Source of the DNA: an uncultured Eubacteriales bacterium
Lineage (GTDB): Bacteria > Bacillota > Clostridia > Christensenellales > CAG-138
Assembly (NCBI GenBank): GCA_900540495.1
Contig: UQGA01000001.1
Span: 170,535 to 234,534 of the forward strand
Reading direction: 5' to 3'
Length of the DNA stretch: 64,000 nucleotides
Position numbers and translations under genes: made by a program
Shown: positions 1 to 8,690 of the stretch, in pieces
Layout: each line of letters starts with the position of its first letter
Numbering within the stretch: the stretch's first letter is position 1
Notes under the pieces: generated by a model
Seen by the model: only the letters and a program-made list of their open reading frames with translations
The model's database searches: none
What the model was told of the DNA's origin: nothing

Positions 1-2
1 TG

Positions 3-833
3 CTCACGCCGGTCAACTTCCTGTTCTCACTGTGGAAAAAGCTGTTGAAAAAGGCGTTCCATACCAAAGACGAACCCGGCATGACGGAAGAGGAGCTGCT
101 CACCATTGTGGAGGAAGCCGAGCAGGACGGCGCCATCAATGAAGAGGACAGCGAACTGATCCACAGCGTGATCGACTTCAACGACCTCAAGGTAAACGAC
201 GTCCTGACGCCACGGGTGGACATCGTTGGCGTCGCGCTCGACGACGGGCAGGACAGAATCGCCCGGACCTTCCTGCAATCCGGCTATTCCCGCCTGCCGG
301 TCTACCGGGAAACCGTCGACCGGATCGTCGGCGTCCTGAACGAAAAGGACTTCTTCAACGGCTTGATGGGGGAAGGCCGCGTCGATGTGGAGGCGCTCAT
401 GCAGCCGCCGCTGTTCGTCCCGCCGTCGGCGCGCATCAGCAACGTGCTGCGGCTTTTGCAGCGCAAGAAGACGCATCTTGCCGTGGTGCCCGACGAATAC
501 GGCGGTACGTTCGGCATCGTCACGATGGAGGATATTCTCGAAGAGCTGGTGGGCGAGATCTGGGACGAACACGATGACATCGTTGAGGATATCGTCCAAA
601 CCGGCGTGGATACCTGGCAGGTCAACGGGCTTGCCGAGCTGGATAAGCTGTTCGGCCGCCTCGGAATGGAGCGCGACGATACGGAAGCCGTCACGGTCGG
701 CGGCTGGATCATGGAGCGATTGGGCCGCATCCCGCAGACGGGCGACGGCTTTGCCTGCGGCAGGCTTCATGTCACGGTGGACCGGACCCACGAGCGCCGC
801 GTGACGCAGGCCACCGTGCGCATCCTCCCCTGA
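3..833 (+). CDS. Hemolysin-family (TlyC/CorC-like) protein, C-terminal part with CBS pair and CorC_HlyC domain; 5' end lies outside the window
   Basis: Frame 3 is open from the window edge (LTPVNFLFSLWKK...) to TGA 831-833. CBS-like segments are present (VLTPRVDIVGV..., THLAVVPDEYGGTFGIVTMEDILEELVGEIWDE). A C-terminal transporter-associated domain follows (VDTWQVNGLAELDKL...GGWIMERLGRIPQTGD). The DUF21 membrane part expected for this family would lie upstream. Confidence 0.8.
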   Translation, partial: LTPVNFLFSLWKKLLKKAFHTKDEPGMTEEELLTIVEEAEQDGAINEEDSELIHSVIDFNDLKVNDVLTPRVDIVGVALDDGQDRIARTFLQSGYSRLPVYRETVDRIVGVLNEKDFFNGLMGEGRVDVEALMQPPLFVPPSARISNVLRLLQRKKTHLAVVPDEYGGTFGIVTMEDILEELVGEIWDEHDDIVEDIVQTGVDTWQVNGLAELDKLFGRLGMERDDTEAVTVGGWIMERLGRIPQTGDGFACGRLHVTVDRTHERRVTQATVRILP

Positions 834-844
834 CGCGGCGGAGC

Positions 845-878
845 AAAAAAACGGCGCCGGGAATCGCTTCCCGGCGCC
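845..878 (-). terminator. Rho-independent terminator of the efp/zinc-ribbon operon between convergent genes
   Basis: GGCGCCGGGAA-tcgc-TTCCCGGCGCC (11-bp perfect stem, 853-878), followed on the minus strand by GTTTTTTTGC. The stem could also stall the plus-strand CBS-gene transcript. Confidence 0.7.
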
Positions 879-895
879 GCCGCTTATCGAACGGT

Positions 896-1294
896 TCAGT
901 CCTCGTCCTCTGTCTCGTCCTCGTCTGCACAGCACAGGTCGATTTCGACCGGCTCGTTGCAATGCGGGCAGATAAGGCCATCCTCGGAATCGAGCATATC
1001 CTCGTCAAAGTAGATCGTCTCGCCGCACGACGGGCAGATGACCTCCATGAAATCATCGGCGGAGGGGCCCTCGTCAAAGAGCACGCCGTTCACTTCCTCA
1101 AGCTCCTCATACAGCTCGTCCACGCAGTCGGACAGGTCGTCCAACGACTCGCCCTGCTCCTCCAACTCTTCGGAGATGGCGCCCAGCGCGTCGATGATGC
1201 CGCGCAGGAGCTTGCCCTGCTTATCCTCCTCGGTGACGCCCAGCCCATCGGCCAGGCCGTCCAGATAGGCGACCTTTTCTGAGATATAGCTCAT
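896..1294 (-). CDS. Small highly acidic zinc-ribbon protein of unknown function
   Basis: ATG 1294 has GGAGG 8 nt upstream. The 132-aa product has CPSCG...CPHCN (four-Cys ribbon) and a D/E-rich tail (ADEDETEDED). As far as I recall it resembles clostridial 'CD1247 N-terminal domain' proteins found next to efp. Confidence 0.7.
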   Translation of the reverse strand: MSYISEKVAYLDGLADGLGVTEEDKQGKLLRGIIDALGAISEELEEQGESLDDLSDCVDELYEELEEVNGVLFDEGPSADDFMEVICPSCGETIYFDEDMLDSEDGLICPHCNEPVEIDLCCADEDETEDED

Positions 1295-1333
1295 ATCGGG
1301 ATCCTCCTTGCTAAATTGCTCTGAAAAGCGGCG

Positions 1334-1891
1334 TTAGACGCGCTCCATATATTCGCCGGTACGGGTGTCCACACGGATGCGGTCGCCCTCGTTGACGAAC
1401 AGCGGGACGTTGATCTTGTACCCGGTTTCCAGCTCTGCCGGCTTGGTGGTGCCGGTGGCGGTATCGCCGCGCACGCCGGGTTCGGTGTGCGTGACCGTGA
1501 GCTCCACAAAGTTCGGCGCCTCGACGGAGAACGGCGCGCCCTTAAAGAAGCGGACCTTGACGTTCTCGTTCTCCACGATGAAGTCGATGGCGTCCTCCAC
1601 CTGATCGTGATTGAGCGGGATCTGCTCGTACGTTTCCACATCCATGAAATAGTACAGCTGGCCGTCGTTATAGAGGTACTGCATCTCCCTCGTCTCGATG
1701 TGGGCGTTGGGATACTTGTCCGTCGGGCTGAACGTGCGCTCGAGCACTGCGCCCGTCATCACGTTCTTGAGGCGGGTGCGCACGAACGCCGCGCCCTTGC
1801 CCGGCTTCACGTGCTGAAAGTCCGCGATGGACCACACCTGCCCGTCGATCTCAACGGTCATGCCCTTGCGAAAATCGCCTGCCATAATCAT
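1334..1891 (-). CDS. efp: Translation elongation factor P
   Basis: 185 aa. The sequence [16 protein letters not shown]...[19 protein letters not shown] is near-canonical EF-P, including the KPGKG loop. GGAGGA lies 9 nt upstream of the ATG. Confidence 0.97.
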   Translation of the reverse strand: MIMAGDFRKGMTVEIDGQVWSIADFQHVKPGKGAAFVRTRLKNVMTGAVLERTFSPTDKYPNAHIETREMQYLYNDGQLYYFMDVETYEQIPLNHDQVEDAIDFIVENENVKVRFFKGAPFSVEAPNFVELTVTHTEPGVRGDTATGTTKPAELETGYKINVPLFVNEGDRIRVDTRTGEYMERV

Positions 1892-1923
1892 AGTTCTGGA
1901 TCCTCCCCATCATTGTTTGCTTG

Positions 1924-2991
1924 TCAGGAAACCATCAGCAGCTCCTTGGGGGAACTGACAAGATCGATATACCCGCTTTCCGTAACCACGCAGCAGTCCT
2001 CGATGCGGACGCCGCAAAGCCCTTCCACATAGATGCCCGGCTCGATCGTGATGGTCATGCCGGGAGCGAACACCGTCTCCGAACGCACGGAAGCGCGTGG
2101 CTCCTCGTGGATCTCGAGACCAAACCCATGGCCCAGACTGTGTCCAAAGCACGCTCCATAGCCCCGGGCCGTGATATAATCCCGTGCAACGGCGTCCAGC
2201 GCACGGCCCGTCACGCCCGCACGCAGCGCGGCAAGCGCACGCTCATGCGCCTCCAGCACGATGTCATAGATGCGGCGGCACTCGTCGCTCGCATGGCCGA
2301 CGGCAAACGTGCGCGTCATATCGGAATGATAGCCATCCGCCATGCAGCCGAAGTCCAGCACCACCAGATCCCCCGCCTGCAGGCGGCGGTCGGATGGCAC
2401 GGCATGGCACATGGCCCCGTTGGGGCCGGACCCCACGATCGGATCAAACGACGGCCCCTCGCTGCCGAGCTTTGCCCCGATGTAGTTGAGCTCGGCCACC
2501 ACCTCGCGCTCCGTCATGCCGGCATGGACGCGGGGCAGCAGCTCCGCAAACGAGCGGTCGGCAAGCTGCTGGGCCCGGCGCAGGCTCTCGATCTCGGCCG
2601 GGGACTTGACCATGCGCAGGGTCGAGAGCGGCCGTTGGAACGGGACAAGCGCAACGGGCAGCGCCGCGAGCCGCTCGCGTCCGGCCACCGTCATCACATC
2701 CGCCTCAAAACCGCAGCGGCGGCAGCCATCGCGCAACAGGACGGCGCCCAGCTCGTCCGCAAGGCCGGCCGGGTCGCACTCGATGATCTCATATCCGCTC
2801 GTCTGCTCGCCGGCCTGGATCGTATATCGGAAGTCGGTGAACAGGCAGCAGGATCGCCCCGTGATGAGCAACGTGGCGTCCGCGCTGGTAAAGCCGGAAA
2901 AGTAGCGGATGCTCGCCAGACCGCTGACCAGCGCGCAATCCAACCCGTCCTGCGCCAGCGAAGCCCGCAACCGCTCGATCCGATCCTTCAT
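1924..2991 (-). CDS. Xaa-Pro aminopeptidase/dipeptidase, M24B family
   Basis: 355 aa. A creatinase-like N-domain is followed by pita-bread metal-ligand motifs (DFGCMADGYHSDMTRTF, GHSLGHGFGLEIHEEP, IEPGIY). It sits directly upstream of efp, as in Bacillus. Confidence 0.9.
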   Translation of the reverse strand: MKDRIERLRASLAQDGLDCALVSGLASIRYFSGFTSADATLLITGRSCCLFTDFRYTIQAGEQTSGYEIIECDPAGLADELGAVLLRDGCRRCGFEADVMTVAGRERLAALPVALVPFQRPLSTLRMVKSPAEIESLRRAQQLADRSFAELLPRVHAGMTEREVVAELNYIGAKLGSEGPSFDPIVGSGPNGAMCHAVPSDRRLQAGDLVVLDFGCMADGYHSDMTRTFAVGHASDECRRIYDIVLEAHERALAALRAGVTGRALDAVARDYITARGYGACFGHSLGHGFGLEIHEEPRASVRSETVFAPGMTITIEPGIYVEGLCGVRIEDCCVVTESGYIDLVSSPKELLMVS

Positions 2992-3017
2992 AGCACGGCA
3001 ACCTCCATAACTTGTTT

Positions 3018-3046
3018 ATTGTACCATACAAAGGCGGCGACAACAA
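3018..3046 (-). promoter_or_regulatory. Sigma-A promoter of pepP-efp
   Basis: Minus strand TTGTTG-17 nt-TACAAT with an extended -10 (TGgTACAAT). Confidence 0.45.
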
Positions 3047-3054
3047 GCCCCGCA

Positions 3055-4545
3055 CTATAATTTGTGATATAGCAGGTTTTTCGCCTCATACTGCGGCTCG
3101 CAGGTAAAGTTGATGCCGAGCCGGCGGTACGTCGCGCTGTCCACGCGGGAGAGGAGGACGCTGGAGTGCGCCTCCGCGTCCCGCAACTTGTCCAACTGCT
3201 TCATCGCATGCGCGGCGGTGGGGTTGGTGGCCGCACAGATGGAGAGCGCAATGAGGATTTCGTCGCTGTGCAGACGCGGATTCCGGCTGCCGAGATGGCG
3301 GGTCTTGAGCCGCTGGATGGGCTCGATTACGATGGGCGAGATGAGGTCGATCGCATCGTGGATGCCGCCCAGCGTCTTGAGCGCATTGAGCAGCGCGGCG
3401 GCGGACGCGCCGAGAAGTTCCGTGGTCCTGCCCGTGACGATCGTCCCGTCCGACAGTTCGATGGCCATGGCAGGCAACCCCGTCTCTTCCGCGCGCGCAA
3501 GCGCGCGCGCGACGACCGGCCGGTCCTCCGGCGAGGCGCCGCAACGGTTCATGATATATTCCGATCGGATCTCCTGATCCGGCGGCAACAGCCCGCGCTT
3601 GCACCCGCACAGCGCCGCATAGTACCGGCGGATGATCTCCTGCCGGGCGGCGGCGCACACCGCCTCGTCGTCGAAGATGCAGTAGCCCGCCATGTTCACG
3701 CCCATATCCGTCGGCGACCGATACGGGGATGCGCCGGAGATGCGTTCAAAGATGGCGTTGAGCACCGGGAAGGATTCCACGTCGCGGTTATAGTTGACCG
3801 TCGTCACGCCGTAGGCCTCGAGATGAAACGGATCGATCATGTTCACATCATCAAGATCGGTCGTGGCGGCCTCATAGGCCAGATTGACCGGATGCCTCAA
3901 CGGCAGGTTCCAAATGGGGAACGTCTCAAACTTGGCGTACCCGGCCTTGACGCCGCGCCGGTTTTCGTGATACAGCTGCGACAGGCACACGGCAAGCTTG
4001 CCGCTGCCAGGCCCCGGCGCCGTGACAACCACGAGCGGCCGCGTCGTTTCGATATAATCGTTCTTGCCAAACCCCTCGTCGCTCACGATCAGGGGCACGT
4101 TGGCAGGGTACCCGGCGATGGGATAATGCCGGTAGACGCGCACGCCAAGGCCCGTGAGCCGGTCGGCAAAGGCGTCCGCCCCCGCCTGCCCGCCGTAGCG
4201 CGTGATGACGACGCCTCCGACGAGCAGCCCCTGCTGACGGAACGCGTCGATCAGGCGGAGCACCTCGGCGTCGTACGCAATGTCGAGGTCGCCGCGCACC
4301 TTGTTGCGCTCGATGTCGCCGGCATGGATGGCGAGGATGATCTCCGCGTCGTCGCGCAACGTCCGAAGCATATTGATCTTGCTGTCCGGCAGGAAGCCGG
4401 GCAACACCCGCGCCGCGTGGTAATCGTCGAATAGCTTGCCGCCAAATTCCAGATAGAGCTTGTCCCCAAACTGCGCAATGCGTTCCCGAATCCGCTCGGA
4501 CTGCATGCGGACATACTTGTCATTGTCAAAACCAATCCGCTTCAT
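3055..4545 (-). CDS. DUF1846 / UPF0371 family protein
   Basis: Track ORF 3055..4671 was trimmed to ATG 4545 (MKRIGFDNDKYVRMQSERI...), the N-terminus typical of this family. The upstream in-frame extension runs into the 3' end of sigK. Confidence 0.85.
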   Translation of the reverse strand: MKRIGFDNDKYVRMQSERIRERIAQFGDKLYLEFGGKLFDDYHAARVLPGFLPDSKINMLRTLRDDAEIILAIHAGDIERNKVRGDLDIAYDAEVLRLIDAFRQQGLLVGGVVITRYGGQAGADAFADRLTGLGVRVYRHYPIAGYPANVPLIVSDEGFGKNDYIETTRPLVVVTAPGPGSGKLAVCLSQLYHENRRGVKAGYAKFETFPIWNLPLRHPVNLAYEAATTDLDDVNMIDPFHLEAYGVTTVNYNRDVESFPVLNAIFERISGASPYRSPTDMGVNMAGYCIFDDEAVCAAARQEIIRRYYAALCGCKRGLLPPDQEIRSEYIMNRCGASPEDRPVVARALARAEETGLPAMAIELSDGTIVTGRTTELLGASAAALLNALKTLGGIHDAIDLISPIVIEPIQRLKTRHLGSRNPRLHSDEILIALSICAATNPTAAHAMKQLDKLRDAEAHSSVLLSRVDSATYRRLGINFTCEPQYEAKNLLYHKL

Positions 4546-4551
4546 GCGAAA

Positions 4552-4581
4552 AGTATAGCATTTTGCCGCACCCATTGGCAA
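4552..4581 (-). promoter_or_regulatory. Sigma-A promoter abutting the DUF1846 start codon
   Basis: Minus strand TTGCCA-18 nt-TATACT, then only 6 nt (tttcgc) before ATG 4545. No SD is present. Confidence 0.45.
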
Positions 4582-4606
4582 GACGCAGTCGGACGCAATT
4601 TTTGCG

Positions 4607-5293
4607 CTACCGCCGCTCCCGCAGCGCCGCGTTGAGCTTGGCGAGCGCCCGCTTTTCAATCCGGGATACATAGCTTCTGGAGATGCCGAGCAGTTCCGCG
4701 ACCTCGCGCTGCGCCATGTGATAGGCGCCGAAGAGGCCGAAGCGCAGTCGGATAACGACGAACTCGCGCTCGGTCAATGCGCTCCGCATGGCGGCGCGGA
4801 TGCGTTCCGTGTCGAGCCGCGCCTGTACCTCGTCGACCACGGCGTCCGGATCGGTTCCCAGCACGTCGAGCAGCGTCACGTCGTTGCCATCGTTATCGAC
4901 GCCCACGGCGTCGCTGAGCGAAATCTCCGCCACCTGTTTGCGCTCGGCGCGCAGGCTCATGAGGATCTCGTTCTCCACGCACCGGCTCGCATAGGCGGAG
5001 AGTGCATAGCCGCGGTTGAGGTCGAACGTGGACACGGCCTTGATGAGGCCGATGGCGCCGATGGAAATGAGGTCGTCGATGTCGCGCCCGGTGCGGACGT
5101 ATTTCTTGGCGATGTGCGCCACAAGGCGCAGATTGTGCGCAATCAGGCGCTCCCGCGCCTCCTCCGAGCCGGCCGCGGCGGCGGCCAGACAGCGGCGCTC
5201 CTCCTCGGGCGGCAACGGCTCCGGAAACGACGAACCATTGCGCACGTACGCCGCAAAGAAGAACAGGTCGCAAAGGATCTCGAACAGCTGCAT
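4607..5293 (-). CDS. sigK: Sporulation sigma factor pro-sigma-K, uninterrupted
   Basis: The pro-sequence-type N-terminus LFFFAAYVRNGSSFPEPLPPEEE parallels B. subtilis VSYVKNNAFPQPLS. Region 2 is HNLRLVAHIAKKY...DLISIGAIGLIKA and region 4.2 is GISRSYVSRIEKRAL. Start is set at ATG 5293 (SD GGGGGTGG); the track start 5308 is a GTG. Confidence 0.85.
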   Translation of the reverse strand: MQLFEILCDLFFFAAYVRNGSSFPEPLPPEEERRCLAAAAAGSEEARERLIAHNLRLVAHIAKKYVRTGRDIDDLISIGAIGLIKAVSTFDLNRGYALSAYASRCVENEILMSLRAERKQVAEISLSDAVGVDNDGNDVTLLDVLGTDPDAVVDEVQARLDTERIRAAMRSALTEREFVVIRLRFGLFGAYHMAQREVAELLGISRSYVSRIEKRALAKLNAALRERR

Positions 5294-5392
5294 GCGCGCC
5301 ACCCCCACGCATACAGCTTATGCGGGACACCCCCGTGCCATGCGCCAAAAAACGACGGGTTGCGCCATCGGCCGCCGGCCGGGAACGCCGGG

Positions 5393-5429
5393 CAGAAACA
5401 AGCGCATGGGCCGCGGGCGGCCCATGCGC
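5393..5429 (-). terminator. Rho-independent terminator after mltG
   Basis: Minus strand GCGCATGGGCCG-cccg-CGGCCCATGCGC (12-bp perfect stem), followed by TTGTTTCT. Confidence 0.75.
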
Positions 5430-5460
5430 AAGAAATTTGACAGACAGACGGGCTGAACGA

Positions 5461-6642
5461 TTACGGCCAGTACTGCCGGTATTCCAGCACGTGCTGCTGA
5501 TGCTCCTCGTACGTCTTGTCGAACACAAGCGCATAGTCGTGCGTCACCGTGCCGTCCGGGTTGGTCACCTGCAGCTTGCCGTTGCAGAAGTACAGATAGC
5601 CTTCCTCGAGGAACTCCTCGTTCGGGTACAGCGCCGCCTCGATCGCCAGCTTGCCCGGGTTGCTGATCGGACCGACGGGCAGGCCGCTGTTGCGATACGT
5701 ATTGTACGGGGAATCGGTCGCCAGCTCGGCCTCGGTGAAGGTATATTTGCGCACGTTCAGCTCATAGGACAGGCTGGCGCAGGACTCGAGCCGCATGCCG
5801 GCATCGAGGCGGTTGTGGAATACGGCAGAAACCTTGGCAAAGTCCGTCTCGACCTGCGCTTCGCGCTCGATGAGCGACGCGAGCGTAACAACCTCGTCCA
5901 TGGTCATGCCCAGCTCCTGCGCGCGCGCCAGATACTCGTCGGTGAACACCTCGTTGAACCGGTTGAGCATCTTGATGATGATGGAATCCACGGAGGCGTC
6001 CACATAGATCTCGTACGTGTCGGGGAACAGATATCCCTCGAGCAGGTAACGACGTCCGTCCGACGACTCCGGCAGGAAGGTGAAGCCCTCCAGCCCGGTG
6101 CGGTCAAGGCAAGCATCCGTAAACGTCGCCGGATCGTCGATCACTCCCAGCTCCACGAGGGTATTGGCGATGTCCGAAACGGTATATCCCTCCGGGATCA
6201 TCAGCTTGATGGATTCCTTCGGCGGGTTGCCCTCACAGATGATGTCGACGATCTGTTTGAGCGTCATATTGCGCGAGAGGATATAGGTACCCGCCTGCAT
6301 TTTGTTGGCCTTGCCGACAAAATCAACATAGACCTTGAACGCCGCGATGCTCGGGATCAGCCCCTCCTCGTCCTCCCCCCGGGCGTTATACAGGATCTGC
6401 GCGATGGTGCTGGCGGAAGAGGACTTCGGGATGACAACCTCGATGGGCGTCGCGTCGTTCACGTCGACCGGGTTGATATAGTTGGACAACACGTAATTGA
6501 CCGTGAACCGGGCGGCAAAGTATACGATGACCACGCTCACCAGCAGCACGACAGGCTGGCGCACGGTGCGCCACATCCTGCGCAACCGGCGCTGTTTCGG
6601 GGTCAGGCCCTTTCGGTTGTTCTGCGTCGTACCCATAGGCAT
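5461..6642 (-). CDS. mltG: Endolytic murein transglycosylase MltG (YceG-like)
   Basis: An N-terminal TM helix (VVLLVSVVIVYFAARF) is followed by YceG motifs (LEGYLFPDTYEI, ASLIEREA, SPYNTYRNSGLPVGPISNPG). The start could instead be ATG 6636 (see the leaderless finding). Confidence 0.9.
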   Translation of the reverse strand: MPMGTTQNNRKGLTPKQRRLRRMWRTVRQPVVLLVSVVIVYFAARFTVNYVLSNYINPVDVNDATPIEVVIPKSSSASTIAQILYNARGEDEEGLIPSIAAFKVYVDFVGKANKMQAGTYILSRNMTLKQIVDIICEGNPPKESIKLMIPEGYTVSDIANTLVELGVIDDPATFTDACLDRTGLEGFTFLPESSDGRRYLLEGYLFPDTYEIYVDASVDSIIIKMLNRFNEVFTDEYLARAQELGMTMDEVVTLASLIEREAQVETDFAKVSAVFHNRLDAGMRLESCASLSYELNVRKYTFTEAELATDSPYNTYRNSGLPVGPISNPGKLAIEAALYPNEEFLEEGYLYFCNGKLQVTNPDGTVTHDYALVFDKTYEEHQQHVLEYRQYWP

Positions 6643-6671
6643 AGTATAGCAAGCCCTGCGCCGAAGCGCAA
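6643..6671 (-). promoter_or_regulatory. Possible internal promoter abutting the mltG start region
   Basis: Minus strand TTGCGC-17 nt-TATACT. The -10 box is immediately followed by ATGCCTATG, so the second ATG (6636) lies 6 nt after it. Confidence 0.35.
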
Positions 6672-6673
6672 GC

Positions 6674-7015
6674 TCACCCCTCCAGCGCGCTGAGGTCGAC
6701 GTCTATCGCTTCGGCAAGAATCTTGTAGACGTCGCCCAGCATCCGGTTCATGCGGTACTCCGCCATGAGGAAGGCGGAGGCGTCCTTATCGAGCTGCAAC
6801 ACCTCGCCCACCTTGCGCAGACGCTCCATCAGCTCGTCGTCCTTGTCGCCCTTGAGCACGGCAGCCTGCGCGCGCATCTGAAGCTTGTGGTACTCGGCGA
6901 TGAGCGCCTTGGTCGTGTCGTTGGCCATGGCCGCTTCGCGCGTTTTCTCATATTCCTGGTATTCATCGCTCGCCTTCAACTCCGCCGCGAGCGTCCTTGC
7001 CGTATCGTAGACCAT
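6674..7015 (-). CDS. ylbF: YlbF/YmcA-family regulatory protein (UPF0342)
   Basis: Track ORF trimmed to ATG 7015, with GAGGAGGG 7 nt upstream. The 113-aa helical protein (AELKASDEYQEYEKTREAAMANDTTKALIAEYHKLQ...) matches the family pattern. Confidence 0.75.
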   Translation of the reverse strand: MVYDTARTLAAELKASDEYQEYEKTREAAMANDTTKALIAEYHKLQMRAQAAVLKGDKDDELMERLRKVGEVLQLDKDASAFLMAEYRMNRMLGDVYKILAEAIDVDLSALEG

Positions 7016-7031
7016 GCGTATTCCCTCCTCT

Positions 7032-8678
7032 TCAGATCTCCAAAATAATCGGCACCAGCATCGGCGTGCGCTTCGTCCTGCTCTTGAGCAGCGACTTGAG
7101 CTTTTGCCGGATGCCGTTCTTAATGGCCGCATATTCCGACTTCTGCGCCCCTTCAAACCGTTGCGCCTCCTCCGAAAGAAGCGCCACGGCCTCCTCGATG
7201 AGCGCCTCGGACTCGCGCATGTACACAAAGCCGCGCGAGATGATCTCCGGTGCGGCGAGCAGCCGCCCCGTTTCTACATCGAGCACGATGACGGCCACCA
7301 CAAGGCCGTCCTGCGAGAGCAGTCGGCGATCCTTGAGCACCACGTCGTCGATGTCTCCGATCCCGTCCACCATGACGCCGCCCGCCTGCACGCTGCCCGT
7401 GATGCGCCCGCGCCTTGCGGTCAGCTCGATCACATCGCCGCACTCGGCGCGGAAAATGTTTTCCTCCGGAATGCCCATTTCCCGCGCGAGCTGCCCGTGC
7501 ATGAACAGATGCCGGTATTCCCCGTGTACCGGGATGAAAAAGCGCGGCTTGGTCAACTGCATCATCAACCGGAGCTCCTCCCGGCAGGCGTGGCCGGATA
7601 CATGCACGTCCGCCATCTGGTTGTAAATGACCATCGCGCCCTTCTGGAACAGGTTGTTGATCACGCGCGAGACGCCCTTCTCGTTGCCGGGGATGGCGGA
7701 GGCGGAAATGATGACCGTATCGCCCGCGCCGATGTTGAGCCGGTGCGTCGCCGTCGCCATGCGAAACAGGCCGCTCATCGGCTCGCCCTGGCTGCCCGTG
7801 GTGAACACGCAGATCTGGTCGTCCCGGTACCGCTTGAGCTGATCCACGTTGACGATGCGGTCCGCCGGTATCTTCAGGTAGCCCAGCTTCATGGCGATCT
7901 GCACGACCTGTTCCATGCTGCGCCCCTGGAAGCACAGCACGCGTCCGTGCGAGATGGCCACATCCGCGACCTGCTGGATGCGATATACGTTGGAAGCAAA
8001 CGACGCGACGATCACGCGGCCCTGCGCCGCCTCAAAATAGTGTTCAAACGTCGCGCCCAGCTCCCGCTCGGACTGCGTATATCCCTGCCGCTCGATGTTC
8101 GTGCTGTCCGACAGCAGCGCCAGCACGCCGCGCGAGCCGTAATGCGCAAAGCGGTTGATGTCGATGGGTTCTCCGTCGATGGGCGTGAAGTCCACCTTGA
8201 AATCGCCCGTGTGGATCACCGTGCCGATGGGGGTGTTGATGGCCAGCGCAATCGCTCCCGCGATGGAATGCCCGGTTTTGATGAACTCGATCTTAAAGCA
8301 GCCCAGCTCCACCCGGTCCCCCGGCTTGATTGTCACGAGCCGCCGATCCTTGACGCTCATCTCCTCCAGCTTGTGCTCGATGAGCGCAACGGTAAAGCTC
8401 GTCCCGTAGACGGGTACGTCGAACTCCCGCAGCGCATACGGCAGCGCGCCGATGTGGTCCTCGTGTCCGTGCGTGATCAGAAAGCCGCGCAGCCGGGCGG
8501 CGTTTTCCGAAAGGTAGGTCATGTCCGGTATGACCACGTCGATGCCCGGCATGTCCTCATCCGGGAAGATCAGGCCGCAGTCCACAACGATCATGTCGTT
8601 GCCGTACTCGAGCACGGTCATGTTCTTCCCGATTTCTCCCACCCCGCCGAGCGGGATGATCTTCAGTTTCCCTGCCAT
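7032..8678 (-). CDS. rnj: Ribonuclease J
   Basis: 548 aa starting MAGKLKIIPLGGVGEIGKNM. It has the metallo-beta-lactamase HxHxDH motif (ITHGHEDHIGALP), a beta-CASP domain and the RNase J C-terminal domain. Confidence 0.95.
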   Translation of the reverse strand: MAGKLKIIPLGGVGEIGKNMTVLEYGNDMIVVDCGLIFPDEDMPGIDVVIPDMTYLSENAARLRGFLITHGHEDHIGALPYALREFDVPVYGTSFTVALIEHKLEEMSVKDRRLVTIKPGDRVELGCFKIEFIKTGHSIAGAIALAINTPIGTVIHTGDFKVDFTPIDGEPIDINRFAHYGSRGVLALLSDSTNIERQGYTQSERELGATFEHYFEAAQGRVIVASFASNVYRIQQVADVAISHGRVLCFQGRSMEQVVQIAMKLGYLKIPADRIVNVDQLKRYRDDQICVFTTGSQGEPMSGLFRMATATHRLNIGAGDTVIISASAIPGNEKGVSRVINNLFQKGAMVIYNQMADVHVSGHACREELRLMMQLTKPRFFIPVHGEYRHLFMHGQLAREMGIPEENIFRAECGDVIELTARRGRITGSVQAGGVMVDGIGDIDDVVLKDRRLLSQDGLVVAVIVLDVETGRLLAAPEIISRGFVYMRESEALIEEAVALLSEEAQRFEGAQKSEYAAIKNGIRQKLKSLLKSRTKRTPMLVPIILEI

Positions 8679-8690
8679 GTCTCCTCCCCG

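Noticed and set aside
3055-4671. 5'-extended versions of real genes in the track. Examples: 3055-4671, 6674-7228, 14980-16329, 22434-23300, 23044-24384, 26395-27993, 28261-29298, 33904-34980, 35224-35871, 39143-39793, 44820-45839, 45724-46704, 46602-47630, 50551-50994, 53076-54800, 55390-57072 and 57027-58370.
   Set aside because: The extensions run into the upstream gene, are Arg/Pro-rich nonsense, and skip internal ATGs that have proper SD spacing and family-typical N-termini. Starts were moved accordingly.
4607-5308. Searched for a skin-like intervening element, recombinase gene or split sigK.
   Set aside because: sigK regions 2 through 4.2 are contiguous in one ORF. No recombinase, integrase or phage-like gene occurs anywhere in the window.
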